A stretch of DNA of 64,000 nt from an uncultured Gemmatimonadales bacterium (GCA_963842945.1 CAWJIM010000019.1:96001-160000), one strand, 5' to 3'; counted from the stretch's first letter, positions 29,261-42,371 are shown. Notes: generated from the letters alone by a model not told the origin. Numbers and translations: made by a program.

Positions 29261-30977
29261 ATGCTGGCGCTGGCCTCGCTGACCCTGACGGCCAGTGCCC
29301 TCCTGGGTCTGGCCTTTCCGATGGTCGTCCGTTTCCTGCTGGATGCCGCCTTCGTTCAGCGCGATCGGACCGTGCTCGATCGGATCGCCATAGGACTGGT
29401 GATCCTGTTCAGCGTCCAGGCGGTGCTCAACTACGCTCAGACCTATCTCCTGAGTGCCGTCGGTGAGCGGGTGGTGGCAGGACTCAGGTCAGAGCTCTTC
29501 TCCAAGCTGCTGGACATGCCGCCCGGCTTCTTCGCCGAGCGCCGAACCGGCGAGCTCACCAGCCGGCTCACCACCGACATCGGACTTCTCCAGGGAGTTC
29601 TGAGCCACCAGATCGCGGAGTTCTCCCGCCAGATCCTGGCTCTGATCGGGGGCATCGTCCTCCTCACGCTGATGCAGCCCCGGCTGACCCTGACGGCCCT
29701 GGGCGTCGTACCCCTGGTGATCGGGTCGGCGTTGTTCTTCGGCCGGCGGCTCCGCCGGATGACCGTGGGAGTTCAGGACAAGGTGGCTGAAGCCACGGCG
29801 GTGGCCGAGGAGGCGTTCAGCCAGATTCGAACGGTCCAGAGCTTCGTCCAGGAGCCGGCGGAACGCGAGCGATATGGTGAGCGGATCGGGGCCAGCGTCA
29901 AAGCGGCTCTGGTCCGGGCTCAGCTGCGGGGCGTGTTCTTCGGGGTGCTCACCTTCTCCACGTTCGTCGGCATCGTCTTCGTGCTCTGGCAGGGCGGGCT
30001 GCTGGTGCTCGAAGGCCAGCTCACCCCGGGCGAGCTGGTGCAGTTTCTTCTCTATACCATCACCATCGCCGCGGCCATTGGGGCGCTGGCGTCATTCTTC
30101 AGCAGCTATCAGGAGGCGGTTGGGGCGGCCGAGCGGGTGTTCGAGATCCTCGAGATGCAGCCGGGCATCACCGACCCCGTTTCGCCGGTTCCGCTGGCTC
30201 AGCCGGTTCGGGGGGAGGTGGTCTTCGAAGGCATCTCGTTCAAGTATCAACGGGACTCCTCCCTCCCGTGGATCCTGGAGGACATCGACCTCCGGTGCGC
30301 ACCGGGCGAAGTTGTGGCGCTGGTCGGGCGCTCCGGCGCGGGTAAGACGACCCTGGTCTCCCTGCTGCCCCGCTTCTGGGACGTGGACCAGGGCCGGGTG
30401 ATGATCGACGGGCTCGATGTTCGCACTCTCCGCCTGGCGGATCTCAGAGGGGCCATCGGGATCGTGCCTCAGGACACCGCGCTGTTCAGCGGGACCATCC
30501 GGGAGAACATTGCCTATGCCAGGCCGGGAGCGGCCCACGCCGAGGTGGAGGCGGCGGCCCGCGCGGCACATGCCCACGAGTTCATCGAGCGGCTGCCCAG
30601 CGGATACGAGACGGTGGTCGGAGAGCGGGGGGTCAAGCTCTCGGGAGGTCAGCGGCAGAGGATCGCGATTGCCCGAGCCATTCTCAAGGATCCGGCCGAT
30701 GTTGATCCTGGACGAGGCCACCAGCAACCTGGATACGGAGAGCGAGCGGCTGATCGAGGATGCTCTGGCCAAGCTTCTGGTTGGCCGGACGACATTGATC
30801 ATTGCCCACCGGCTGACCACGGTGCGCCGGGCAGACCGGCTGGTAGTCCTGGATCGGGGCCGGATCGTCGAGCAGGGCTCCCATGGGGAGCTGATGGAGC
30901 TGGGCGGTCTGTACGCCCGGCTGTATCAGCGCCAGTTCCGGGACGATCGGGTCACAATGGAGCAAGCGATCGGCTAG
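29261..30977 (+). CDS. ABC exporter, fused TMD-NBD (MsbA-like); frameshift near 30700
   Basis: [25 protein letters not shown], then [11 protein letters not shown] and IIAHRL in the shifted frame. Confidence 0.9.
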
Positions 30978-31004
30978 ACGTCGAAAACAGCAGGTTACCA
31001 ACCA

Positions 31005-31028
31005 AACGCCCCGCCGAAGCGGGGCGTT
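31005..31028. terminator. Hairpin between convergent genes (likely bidirectional terminator)
   Basis: AACGCCCCGC-CGAA-GCGGGGCGTT. Confidence 0.7.
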
Positions 31029-31058
31029 GTTGTGATTAGAAAATGCTCGGCCTTTACG

Positions 31059-32138
31059 CTAGTGAGTAATGCTCAACTGAATTCTGCCGGGAGGGGGGCC
31101 GTCAAAAAGGACGGCGGCAAAACGATAGGTTCCCGGGATCAAATTAAGGTCGACACTCTCGGGGTTCAAGCTACTAGCGCCGATGAAATTGTTGTTGTCC
31201 GCATCGGCACAAGAGGCATCCGAGCAGATAATCAGGTCGACGTCGGAGGTACTCTCCCACCCGACGGCCACGGTATAGATTCCGGCTTCAGTCACCGTGA
31301 ATTGGTAATACTGGGCTCCTATACCTCCGTCGCCGGTAACATCAGCGCCGGTAAATGCACCCGCATCGAAGAAGCCGCTGGTCTGGCCGGCAGGAGGCGT
31401 GGGAATCACCGGTGCCGTTGCAGGTGCGGCAGCGGGGAAAAGAGTGTCAATCGATGGTATGGTGATCGAGTCCGCGGTTGGCACCTCGAGCGCGACTCCA
31501 GGAATGTTCGGTGCTTCGACACCAGTCACGACACCGTCTGTTCTCAGTGCAACTGTATCGAGGGTTGGGGCCGGGACGAAGCTGAATGAGGTGCTATCCG
31601 GCGACCTCACAGTGACTACCGACGGAGCTCCGGCAAACTCGATGTTTGCGTCAGGTAGGAACTTGTATCCGGGCGCCGCCGTTATCGTCACCACCTCGTT
31701 TTGGACCGGAGCGGGGTTGGAGAAGGTAGCGGCAAATGACGCTGGGACCACCTTGACCGGAACGGTGGTAGATATTCCTCCACTCACGACGTCAAAGGTG
31801 GTGGCCACCGGCGTCTGACCACTGACTATGAAACGGCTGGCGGTCTCGAGCTGGGTTCCGATGGTGGTCTGGAGGTAGGTGGTGTCCTTCTCCACCGTAA
31901 TCCCCGCCCCCACATTCTGAACCTCAAAGTCGGCGGCCTGCTGGTTGCCGAGAGTGTCGAGCAGTTGAACGACGACGAACTCCGATCCCCCCTCCCCAAC
32001 GAACACCGACGTGGGATCGGCAACGATGTGCTCGCCTACTCCGATTGAGTCCCCGGTCGGATCCCCACCGCAGGACCCAAGACCGGCGACCGCCGCGAGC
32101 ACAATTAAACCGCACATCGAACGCTTCATACTCGGCAC
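31059..32138 (-). CDS. Acidic lipoprotein with Ig-like/PPC-like beta domains
   Basis: Lipobox LGS-C followed by GGDP; Thr/Val/Asp-rich; C-terminal YYQFTV..AG.YTV.VGW..SDVDL...PESVDL.L.PGTY. Confidence 0.75.
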   Translation of the reverse strand: MPSMKRSMCGLIVLAAVAGLGSCGGDPTGDSIGVGEHIVADPTSVFVGEGGSEFVVVQLLDTLGNQQAADFEVQNVGAGITVEKDTTYLQTTIGTQLETASRFIVSGQTPVATTFDVVSGGISTTVPVKVVPASFAATFSNPAPVQNEVVTITAAPGYKFLPDANIEFAGAPSVVTVRSPDSTSFSFVPAPTLDTVALRTDGVVTGVEAPNIPGVALEVPTADSITIPSIDTLFPAAAPATAPVIPTPPAGQTSGFFDAGAFTGADVTGDGGIGAQYYQFTVTEAGIYTVAVGWESTSDVDLIICSDASCADADNNNFIGASSLNPESVDLNLIPGTYRFAAVLFDGPPPGRIQLSITH

Positions 32139-32195
32139 CTCATCGAGTGAGACTGTTGGAGACTGCGTTGGTCAACTCTTCAGTGTGGATCAGGC

Positions 32196-33623
32196 TCAAA
32201 ACCTGTTGGCCGATGTGAGATCGATACCCAGGAACTGTGCAATGTCGGTTACGGCCGGACCACCGAGAATGTCAGCCCATCCCGGGATGCCGGTCTCCTT
32301 CAGATCGCTGGATCGGATCAGGGTAAAAGCCCCGAATCCCGACCGGTCGGCAAAGATGTAGTAATAGCCCTTGCCCTTGGCGTAGCTCCACACCTCATAC
32401 GGTGGCGCCCGCCCCTTCTGCTGCTCCCGGAACACCTGGTCCGGCCGTCCGTACTTGGCGTAGATTCTCCCCCGGTCCGACCGCCACCCGGAGACCGGGT
32501 TCCGGCCGCCTTCCCTGAACGCCTTATTGGCGTAGTCCACCGCGGCGTAGTAGGACTCTCGCCGCTCGTTCTTGTCGGTCCCGGGAGTGGGATCCCGCTT
32601 CTTCCAGAAGTTGATCAGGAACCGGCGCTTGGCATCGAGGCTGAGCTTGTCACTCCAGGCGGAGAGCTCCCTCGGCTCGGCGATGTATTGCAGAGGGGCG
32701 TCGGCCGCCTCGAGATCCTCCTCGGACATCTGGCCGAAGTAGCCCTCATCGCTGACCCGCTCCGCCTCGCGCCGGGAGGCATCCTTGGCCAGGGTTTCAC
32801 TCAAGCCCGCCATGCTGAAGTCGGCCGACCGCTGAGTGGTGCGTCCGCCCAGGTTGAGGTCGGCAACCATGACGTAGTTTCCGGGAGGCAAGCCCGGTGA
32901 GATCGAGCTGCCCCTTCAAAACGCTTCCTCCCGCCGTGACCTTCACCGGCGAGAGGCTGGGTCTTCATGATGGTTTTTCCCGCCGAATCCCTGATGGCCA
33001 CCCCCAGAGTGCCGTCGGCGTCCCGCTCGGCGTACGCCTCCAGCAGGTAGAACACCGTGGCACGCAAGGGCGTGAGCAGCACCCGGGCGGTTGCGGTGAC
33101 CAGGTTGTTGCCGGTCCGGAACTCTCCCGGCCGCGGCACCGTGTCGTTGGCGGTTGCCAGCCGCATTTCGGGAGCGATCAGCAGATCCGATGCAACGCTG
33201 GAATCGGACAATGCCTGCAGATCCGTGGCGCTGCTCAGCTTCCGGCCGGAAACCGAGTCTTCAACCGCCACCTCGAACCGGTATTTACCGGGCGCCACGG
33301 CAAAGTCCACGATCTCGACCGTGTACGCGTTCGAGTCTCCCACTACACTCGCGTGACTCTGCCAGGACTGCTGGTAGAGAGCCAGCCCGGTCGAGTCTGC
33401 CACCCGGACTGCCACGGTGTAGCTGGCCTGCCCGCCCTTCGGCGCCGGCTGAAGCGACGCCAGGGGGATCTGGACCAGACCCTTGACCCGGGTGCGGTCC
33501 TGATCCGCCCGATAGAAACGAACTGCCCGCAGCACCACCCCCGAGTCGCGCTGATCGGCGGCGAGACCCAGGGGAGCAGCCGGCACAGGCAACTGCAAGT
33601 ACCAATTTCGAAAAGCTACTCAT
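32196..33623 (-). CDS. GWxTD-domain protein; frameshifts near 33590 and 32890-32960
   Basis: FWKKRDPTPGT..NE....Y...V.YAN..F...GWRSDRGRIY.KYG.PD...YEVW.Y...F.D; signal peptide from ATG 33623. Confidence 0.85.
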
Positions 33624-33681
33624 TGAATACCTTCTGCAAACGGCGGGCGATGCGGAGATCCGCACCGCCCCTCACCCAATG

Positions 33682-34812
33682 CTACCAGCCAAGGCTGACG
33701 CTGAAGAAGTTGGTTCCCCCGAGCACGCCCAGGTACTTCCAGGCGTAATCGAGGCCCAGATTGAAGTTGCCGGTGCCGTAATTGAGCCCGCCACCGAACG
33801 CGAGACCCTGAAGGCTCTCCTCGTCGCTCAGCGCCGTGGTGTTGGGATCGATCGGGTCCAGATTATTGGCCGCGGTATAGCTGTAGCTGCCCCGCACCGC
33901 AAATCCGAAGTTGGACCCGCCCAGCCGCTCCGTCATCCACTCGCCCCCGGCCGAGAAGCCGGCGCCGTTGTTGTTGGGCTGGTTGAAGTCGGAGAGGAGG
34001 GTCAGCCGGTTGTTGTCTCCGGTGATCAGGTCGTACGCCAGGCCCACCCGGAAAATGGTCGGCAGGTTATACCCGGTCGTCCGGAATTCGGACTGGCTGG
34101 CCGTTGGACGGGACGTCCGGCTCGCCCGGAATGGGCTCCCGGGGGGCGTCCGTCTCCAGCGCCTCTCCACTATAGGTAGAGGTTGGTTCCCAGGTTGGCC
34201 ACCACGAAGGAGAAGCGAACCGGGTGGCCGCTCAGGGCCGAATGGAAGCTGGTGCCGAAGTCCACGGCAAACGCATTGCCGGAGGCGTTGCCGAGATTGT
34301 CGAAGATGCCCTTGGCCGTGACTCCGGCGGAAAACCGGTCGGAGAAGTTCTGGGCGAACGTCAAGCCGGCAAAGGTCTCGCTGACGGAATAGACCGAGCC
34401 GGTTCCCTCGGGCTGCTCGACCGTGTACACCTGCTGGTCTTTGAAGCCGAAGGTGCCGATCTGAATGCCGATGGCCCTGCGAGCCGCCGCTGAACGGGAA
34501 CGCCAACGCCGCCCCAGCTATACCGGGTTTCCGCGACATAGTCGTAGGTGCCGACCATGGCGCCCGCCCTGGGCATCAGCGCCATACCGGCCGGGATTGT
34601 AGTACAGCGCGCTCACGTCGGTCGCGATGGCGGAGAAGGCGCCGCCCGAGCGCCGTTCCCCGGGCCCCGGCTCCGAACAGCAGGAATTCGGCCGACGTGG
34701 TGCCGTATGCGGTGTTGTCCTGGTTGATGTCGTCCTGCGCCATGGCAGCCGCGGGAAGCCCGCTCAGCAGGGCTGCCATCAGGGCCAGGTGTCGTGCTGT
34801 GGTGTGACTCAT
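33682..34812 (-). CDS. porV: PorV/PorQ-family outer-membrane beta-barrel; several frameshifts
   Basis: Signal peptide ending AAMA-Q; TTSAEFLLFGAGARGTALG, then ATDVSALYYNP, FSDRFSAGVTAK, AVDFG, LPTIFRVG, LDYAW...NFFSVSLGW. Confidence 0.8.
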
Positions 34813-34870
34813 ATGCTCCCCATCTCCTGGTGTGTGGGGGGCCGGCGAGCCGGCCCCCTCCCGTTGGCTG

Positions 34871-37800
34871 CTACTGAGCGAAGTTCACGACGGTGAACCG
34901 GCCGACCCGCCGGGCATCACCGGCTTCGATATGATAGAAGTACACCCCGCTGGCCACGACCTGGTTGTTCCGGTTGCGGACGTTCCAGTCTTCCGCCCCG
35001 CCGAACGTGTCGGAGTGGTGCTCCAGCAGGTCCACCAGCACGCCGCTGGAGGAGTAGATCCGGATGATGCAGTCAGCCGGCAGGTTCACGAACTTGATGA
35101 TCTTGGTGTCCGTGGTCTGCTCGAACTGGCTGGTGACGTAGTACGGGTCCGGCACCGTGTGGACCCGGGACAGATCGTCCGTTGGTGGCTGGCAGCGACC
35201 TGGTTGACCACGTTGAAGCTGAGGCGGTTCTCCGCGCCGACGGCCGTAAAGGGCCGCGTCGCCGGAGTGAAGGCGTAGGTGCCGTCGTCTGCCTGCATCG
35301 CCGTGTCCGCCGGTGATGGCCCCGGTGTAGCTCCGCATGGTCCACACCGTGCCTGCGGCGGGAACGCGCCCCCCGGTCGCAAGCTCGAAGATGAAGAAGT
35401 GCCCCGGCAGGTACATGATGAAGCCCGGGCTGGCCGCGCGGGCACGCTGGCGAACGCCGGTCGGCGATGATAGGCGATCGGGCCCGGCACCGCGGTTTGG
35501 CTCAGCGCGTACGGCTGCAGCCGCGTAGCACGGGATGAGGCCTGCACCGCGGCGGAGCGTCTTCAGCGGCTCCACGCAGCCCATGTCCGTCGGCGGTCAG
35601 CGTCGGCCGATGGCGTCCGCCGACCCGGTGCCGCTGCAGCCGCTGCGTTGAGAAGCCCCAGGTCCCGCCTACCGTCGGCGCCGAACGGCACCGGAACGTT
35701 ATGGGTGACGTCGATCACTGAATCGACCGGGCCGCCGCGCCCCAATACACATTGAAGTCCGCCGCTCGGGCCGCGCCGCCCAGGACACCTTCAATGTTAC
35801 GCCAGACATTGTCGATCGTCTGGTAGGACATGTCCTCGTGGATGGTGGCAACCCCGGTCAGCTCGCCCGCGTTGTTGAAGTTGGCTGCACCGGCCGGGCC
35901 CGCGCTGTTCGGTCTGGTTCCCGGCGTTGGGGTCGAGCCATGGTCTCGTTCTGTGCCGGCGACGGGCCATCGAACCAGCGGGCACCGTTGTAGTCGCAGC
36001 CGCGGCCTCGAGCGCAAATCCGTCTGCCTGCGTTGACGCAGCCGCGGCCGAAGGCGTTGGTGTAGTAGTTGCCCGGCAGCGTTTGAACCACTTCCGCGTT
36101 CAGGTTGAAGGCCGCCACTGCCGCCAAAGCGGTCGGCGAGCGTCGGGTCGACCGGCACCGCACTGAAGACGCCGTTGCCGGTGCCGTCGCCATCGAATCT
36201 GGTCTTGGGTGACCGCCAATGCGTGACGGGAACGTGGTCCCGTCCCCGCCGGTCGCGGTCATGAAGTACGTGTTGGGGAGTAACGTCGTACGCCGACCCC
36301 AGCGTCAGGCTGTCCAAGCGCACCGAAACCGCACCCGGAGCCGCGATGACCTGCCGGGCGAACTGGCCCGCAAAGTGGAGATCACCACCGTTGGCCGGCG
36401 GGAACGGGCCGCTGAACTTGCCGGTGGCCGGCATCGAGGGTAGGGACTCGACGTAAGCACGCTGTCCTGCGCGACCCCGCGTCCGACGAAGTTGTTGGTG
36501 AGCGTGGCCGTGATTCTCGAAGTTGCTGGCCTCGGGCTGACGGCGTGATCGACTTGGTATTCCGGGGTGACTCGATGTTCGACGGACCTGACTGAATCGA
36601 GTTCACGTCGAACGCGGTTACCGAGTAGAAGTACCGGATGTTGCTCCGGACTCCGTTGTCCAGGTAGGTGAACGGCACGCCGTTGTCCGAAAGCTCGGGT
36701 GTCGCTGCCCGACTCGGCGCCGGTCAAGGCGGTATCGGCCTTCAGAATGATGGCCTCCCCGGTGGCCAGCGTGGTGCGGCTCGCCGCCGCACGGCACCTG
36801 GATGATCGGCCCGACCAGCGGAATAGTCGTTGCTGACCGTCGGCGCCACGCCCGGGACCAGCGAGTCGAAGTCCACCGGGCAGCCGAACGTGGTATCGGG
36901 CAGGTGGGATCGGTCGTGTGATCGACGGCGGGGATGTTGATGCCCAGCTCCGGGCGCGCAGGTCCAGCTGACTCCGGCGTTGACCTGGCCGGTGAAGTCG
37001 GTGATGAAGGTTCCGCTGATAGTCGAACTGCGCGATCAAGGCGAGCTCGTTCGGCGAGTCCACCCGGCCGCGATAGACCCGGTATCCCTCGACGTCGAAC
37101 TGGCGGTAGTTCGGATCGTACAGCGGGTTCGGGCCGACGATGCCGGTGACCGGGTCGGTAATGGTCGGCTGGCTGGCCACCTGGAAGAACGGATCGCCCG
37201 TCGGTCTCGGTGGGCGAGGGCCGCCAGAGCACGGTGACCTGGTTGTCGCCCGGGATCAGGAAGAAGTCGGGCGACTCCGGGGCAAACGGCAGCAGGAAGC
37301 CGAAGTTGAACACCTGCTGCGCCACGAGCGCCTTACCGAGCAGCGAGCCCGGGACCGGCGTGGAAACTCACCCTGATCGGGCAGCCCGTTTGCCGTTCCC
37401 GCGCGGCGCGGCATCGAGTGATACCCGGTGAAGCCGGCCACCGAGTCGACCGGCATTGGCGTTGTCGGCCGTGGCCAGGCCGCTGAGCCGGGTCGGGATC
37501 GCCCGGCGCCAGGTCGCAGGTGCCGGGACCGGTGCAGCTCGCCGGTGATGACCGGGGCGGCAAAGATGTAGGCCACCGCGATCGTGCCGAACTGGCCCGG
37601 GGCCAGGGTCAGCGGGCCGGACGACTGGAAGAACCGCATGTCGTCGGGCGCGGTGTTGTTGACGAAGCAGATCTTGGTGGCTGCGGGTTGCCGGTGTTGC
37701 AGGGCGCGTCGCCGGCGGCCGGGTTGATGTTGTTGGAGATGTAGCGGAAGAGCTGGGTGGTGTTCTGCGGCGTCGTCGAAGGCGCCGCCGTTGATCGTGT

Positions 37801-38908
37801 TGCTGAACAGCGTGAGCCCCACTTCCGCGCCCGTTGACCACCGGGCTCTTCAGGTACTTGACGCCGACGAAGCCGGAGCCCGCGAAGAACGGCGGGCTGA
37901 AGATGGTGGGATCGAAGGTCCAGCCCGCGGCGCGGCGCAAAGTCATGGGCGTAGACGTAGCCCAGGGCGAACGGAACGTTTACCGAGGAGAAGTTGTTAC
38001 CGGCCTCGGCCACGTCCATGTCGGCCGAGAAGGCGGCGAACAGATTGTCGACGGTGTAGCCGCCGTCCGGGATCTGGATGCCGAAGGCCGCTTCGTTCCG
38101 CTCCTGGAACTCGTTGCCCTTGCGCGGCCAGGATGTTCGCCATGCCCGGCCGCACGCCCGCGCGGCGTAGACCGCGGGGTCGCTGGCGGTGACGTTATAG
38201 AAGGTATAGAGGAAGTACAGGATGTCCTGATTGCCCGCCGGGATAGTTCCAGCCCATGCCGCGCTGCTCGACCAGGATGCCGAGCGGGTGCGGCCGGCCG
38301 GCGCTGAGCGACGGGTTGCCGTCCCAGGAGAGCCACCAGACGTCGCCCTGCGAGGCCGCGGTCGCGGCCCCGGAGCAGCGGGAAGAACAGGTCCTGGTTG
38401 GCATCGCCCGACGGCACCTTGGCCGCCTTGCAGACGTCGTTGCAGGTCCCGGTGGTGTCGCTGATGAAGGCGTCGTCTTCCGGGTTGGTGGTGTTGTAGA
38501 TCGGCTGGACCTGCTCGCCGTGCTGGGTGGTGCCCTTGGGATCGAAGAAGAAGGCCCCGGTGGTGTCGCCGGCCCACTCCGGATTGGCATCGGCGCCGAT
38601 GATGCCCGCGATCTGCAGGCCGGAGTTGAACACGTACTGGTCCGCGGTTCCCTTGGGCCAGAATCCGCCGCCGATGGTCGACGAGTTGGTCGAATCGACG
38701 CAGACCTCGCCGGTGGTCGCGAGACCGCAGTAGATGCGGTTGATGGTGATGCGCTCCCAGCGACCGGGCGAACAGCCGGAACCCGCGGCGCTCCGGCGCC
38801 GGGCTTGGGCTTCCCGGCCGCGGTTGCGGCCGACGGCGTCGTAGCGACCACCGCCAGAGCGCAGAGGCCCACGAACAGCAGGTTGCTCTTACGCAAGAAG
38901 GAGTGCAT
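34871..38908 (-). CDS. Large secreted protein (~1340 aa) with an FN3-like region and C-terminal T9SS type-A-like CTD; many frameshifts
   Basis: Signal peptide; GGFWPKGTADQYVFNSGLQIAG; IPGDNQVTVLW; FDVEGYRVYRG; RYFYSVTAFD; C-terminus VHTVPDPY...IKFVNLP..CIIRIYSSSG.LV...WNVRNRNNQVVASGVYFYHIE...VGRFTVVN. Confidence 0.8.
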
Positions 38909-38996
38909 TGCGTCCTCTCTCGGGTGAAAAAAATGGCGAGGCCGTCCCCGCCGGGCGACCCCAAAGTGGCTCCGCCCGGCAGGTCCAGCCTGCTGC

Positions 38997-41900
38997 CTAG
39001 AAGTTCACTTCAATACCCAGCCGCATCCGGCGTGGGTTGCTGGTGAAGTTGTGGAGACCCCGGACGGTGTAGTACAGCGCGTCCGACGCCCGGCGCTGTT
39101 CGGCCAGGTCGAAGACGTGATCTCCGTTGCCGAACCGCTCCTCGGTCCGGATGAGAGCAACGCAGTTCGGGGCTGCCGGGATCGCCGGCCTGGTTGACCC
39201 AGCCGCCGCAGCCGGCCCGAGGATCGGCGGCTCCGCCGAAGCTCAGATCGATGGAACCATCCCCGAGCAGGGCGCCCGACTCGTCGGCCTCGTTGGCGTA
39301 GTCGGCGCTATCGGCCGCGAAGTTGGCCTGCTCCTCCGCTGAGTTGTTGACATCATTGGTCGTGGTGAAGACCTGGATGATGTTGGTCCAGTTCAAGACG
39401 TTCCTGGCCTCGAGGTAGCCGGTCAGGTCCAGCCCGCCGAGGCCAAAGCCCTTGGTGAGCCGAAGGTCGAGATTCTTGAACGACGGCAGCCGCGAGCTGT
39501 TGAGCGGATCGGGGAAGCGGTTGTCGCAGTTGTCGCCGGAAACGACGTCCTCGTCACCGACGCCCGGCCTCGCAGCGGGTGTACGGCGTGCCGCTGGTGT
39601 ACCGGAAGGTGGCGAACAGGCCCACGTTCTCCAGCACGGTCCCGACGATCGATCCCTGTTGCCAATCGTTCGGGAAGTTGAGCGCCGCGGCCAGGGCCAG
39701 GTTGTGCGGCCGGCTGAAGTCGGTCGGCAGAATGGCCTGCGGCGGAGGCTGGTTCCCGCCGGAGACCTGGTTGAGCACCCGGGAGCCGAAGTCCAGGTAG
39801 GTGTCCGGGTCGGAGCCCGTGTTCTTGGCCTGCTGGAAGGTGTAGGCCAGGGTGCCGTTGAACAGGTTGCCGAACCGGCGGTCGAGCCGGAGGTCAATGC
39901 CGCGGGTGTTGCCGAAGTCGGCGTTGGTCATGATCCGGATGTTCTGGTTGTTGCCCCGAAGCGGATCGAACCGGGACACCAGACGTCCGGCGGCGTTGGA
40001 CAGGTTGTCCTTGTTATACGCGGCCACGTCCAGCACCATGTCGTCGCTGAAGGCGTGCCGGATGCCGAACTCGAAGGTGATGGTCCGGCCGAAGTCGAGG
40101 TCGGACCCGTAGAAGTTGTTGGTGTTGGTGGTGGCGAGGTCGGTGTTGATGCCCTGCAGAATCACGCCGAAGTCCGGCGCCTGCACCTGGTGGGCGTAGG
40201 ACAGCCGGAAGTTGGTCCGCTCGGTCACCGGGAAGGAGACCTGGATGTGCGGGCTCAGGTAATTGTGGCTCTGGTCCTTGGGGAAGAGCGAGTCGTTGGT
40301 GAAGAACGCGTCCGGATTGTTGGGATCGAACAGCGGATTGGTCGAGATCCGGGGGAAGTTGTTCCAGTCGGCGCGCCCGGGTGTCGTAGAAGTCGTACCG
40401 AAGGCCGCCGACCACAACGACATCGCCCAGGTCGAGCCGGTCTTCCGCAAACAGGTTGTAGCGGATCGGCTGCTCCATGATAGAAGTCGGAGAAGGCCTG
40501 ACTCTCCAGCTGGAAGGAGTAGCTGTCGATGTCGTAGTGGGTAAACTCGCCGCCCAGCTTCAACCGGTTGTAGCGGTCGAACTGCCAGTCCAGGTTGGCC
40601 TTGCCGATCAGCCGGTTTTCCCGGTACATCATTGACGATTGGTGAACCGCTCGCTGCCGGCCGGGCCACCCGACTCGGGGAACAGCACCGAGGCGAACTC
40701 ATCGCGGTTGTAGAGGCCATAGGCGTTGTTCCGCTACTCGTCGACGATGGCGTACTGGGCGGTGTTCTCGAGGTCGAGCGGCGAGCGCCGGGTGCCGGGC
40801 GCGTTGGTCCGGAAATTGTGCAGCAGCTGATCGTCGAGCGGGAAGTTGTCGAAGTCGAACAGGAAGTCGATCGGCCCGATCAGGAACCCGCCGAACGGAT
40901 CGCGGCTGCCCAGCTCGCCCTCGCGGGTCATCGGACCGCCGAGGGTGCGGTCCTGCTGGTACGACAGGTAGGTCTCCAGCGCCAGCGCCCGCTCGGTCGA
41001 GCGGGACAGGTTCTGGGTCCAGTTCAGGGTGAAGACGTTGCTGTAGTTCCGGAAGGCCGGGAGGTTCCCCGGGTTGTACAGCGATCCATAGGTCAGGAAC
41101 CGGCCGGGCGACGTCCAGATTTTCCCGGAAGGTGCGGCCCTGGAACTGGCTGGTGAGAGCGGTGAAGGCCAGCCGTGATCCGGTGCCGAAGGAGTAGTTC
41201 AGCTTGCCGCTGAGCTGATAGGTCGAGCGAGCCGAGGACGGGACCCGGATGCCCTGGCAGTCGACGCCGTAGTTGCTGGCGATGTCGGGGTTGGTGCTGC
41301 TCTCGAAATCGCTGCACTCGCCCCGGCGATACCGCATAGTTGTAGACGGCGACCATCGTGGTGTCGGCCGTCGGGTCGCCCAGCGCGGTGGGGACGGCCA
41401 CCGTGGTGTCGATGCCCGCCTGCACGAACAGCGGGAAGTTCTGGCTGTCCTTGCCACTCTCCACCGTGCTCTGCCCTTCCAGCGCGGCGGACACGAAGAA
41501 GGTCAGGTTCCGCATGATCGGACCGCCGAGGCTGCCGGTGAACCGGTTGAAACCGAGGCTGTGGTTGACGCCGAACGGCTCGTCGGTCTCATAGCCCAGC
41601 GTGCCGGTAAACTTGCTGCCGCCGGTCCGGGTCTGGATCGAGATGACGCCGGACTGGGCGTTGCCGAACTCGGCCGAGGACGAGCCCGTGGTTACCGAGG
41701 CCTCTTCCAGCGAGTTGGTGCCGACGTTGATCTCGGTTCCGGCGGAGCTCACCCGGCCGCCACCCCGGTAACCCGGCGTGACCGGCACGCCGTCGACGTA
41801 GGTCACGTGTTCCTCGGTCCGGCCGCCGCGGATCGAGAGCGTGTTGCCGTTGGGGCGTCGCGGCCACGACGCCGGGCTGCAGCTGCAGCACGCCGTTCAG

Positions 41901-42371
41901 CCGGTCGACCGGGAGATTGTTGGTGAACTCGCCGTCGATCCGCTGCTTCGAGGTGACCTCGTCGCGCGGCACCAGCGGCTGAGTCTGCTGGACCACGGTG
42001 ATCTCCTGGATCTGGACCGCGGTCTGCTCCAGCTGGATGTCGACCGTGATGGTCTGGCCGGCGAGCACCTTCACGCCGTCCACCTGGGTCGACTTGTACC
42101 CGATGAAAGCGGCCCGAACACTGTAGGTCCCGGCCGGCACGTTGTTGATGAAGTAGTACCCCTGCGGATTGGTAAGCGCGTTAAACGCGCTCCCTACGAT
42201 AAAGACTTGCGCGTTGGCGATGGGTGCGCCCGCTTGGTCGCGGACCCTGCCTTCGATCTTACCAGTCGACCCCTGGGCCAGAAGCGATCCCGCTCCGAAC
42301 CCCAGTACGACTGCCGCGAGCGCGAAGTATCGCGCTGCGCGTGCGAAGGCGCTGACACAGCTTTGCTTCAT
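38997..42371 (-). CDS. TonB-dependent receptor with N-terminal carboxypeptidase-regulatory-like domain; many frameshifts
   Basis: GGAGG RBS; signal LLA-Q; GKIEGRVRD...TNPQGYYFI.NVPAGTY; IRGGR..E..TYVDG; SAEFGNAQSGVI; VGGLRYD; SPHIQVSFP; LDLRLTK; ends RLGIEVNF (terminal Phe). Confidence 0.88.
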
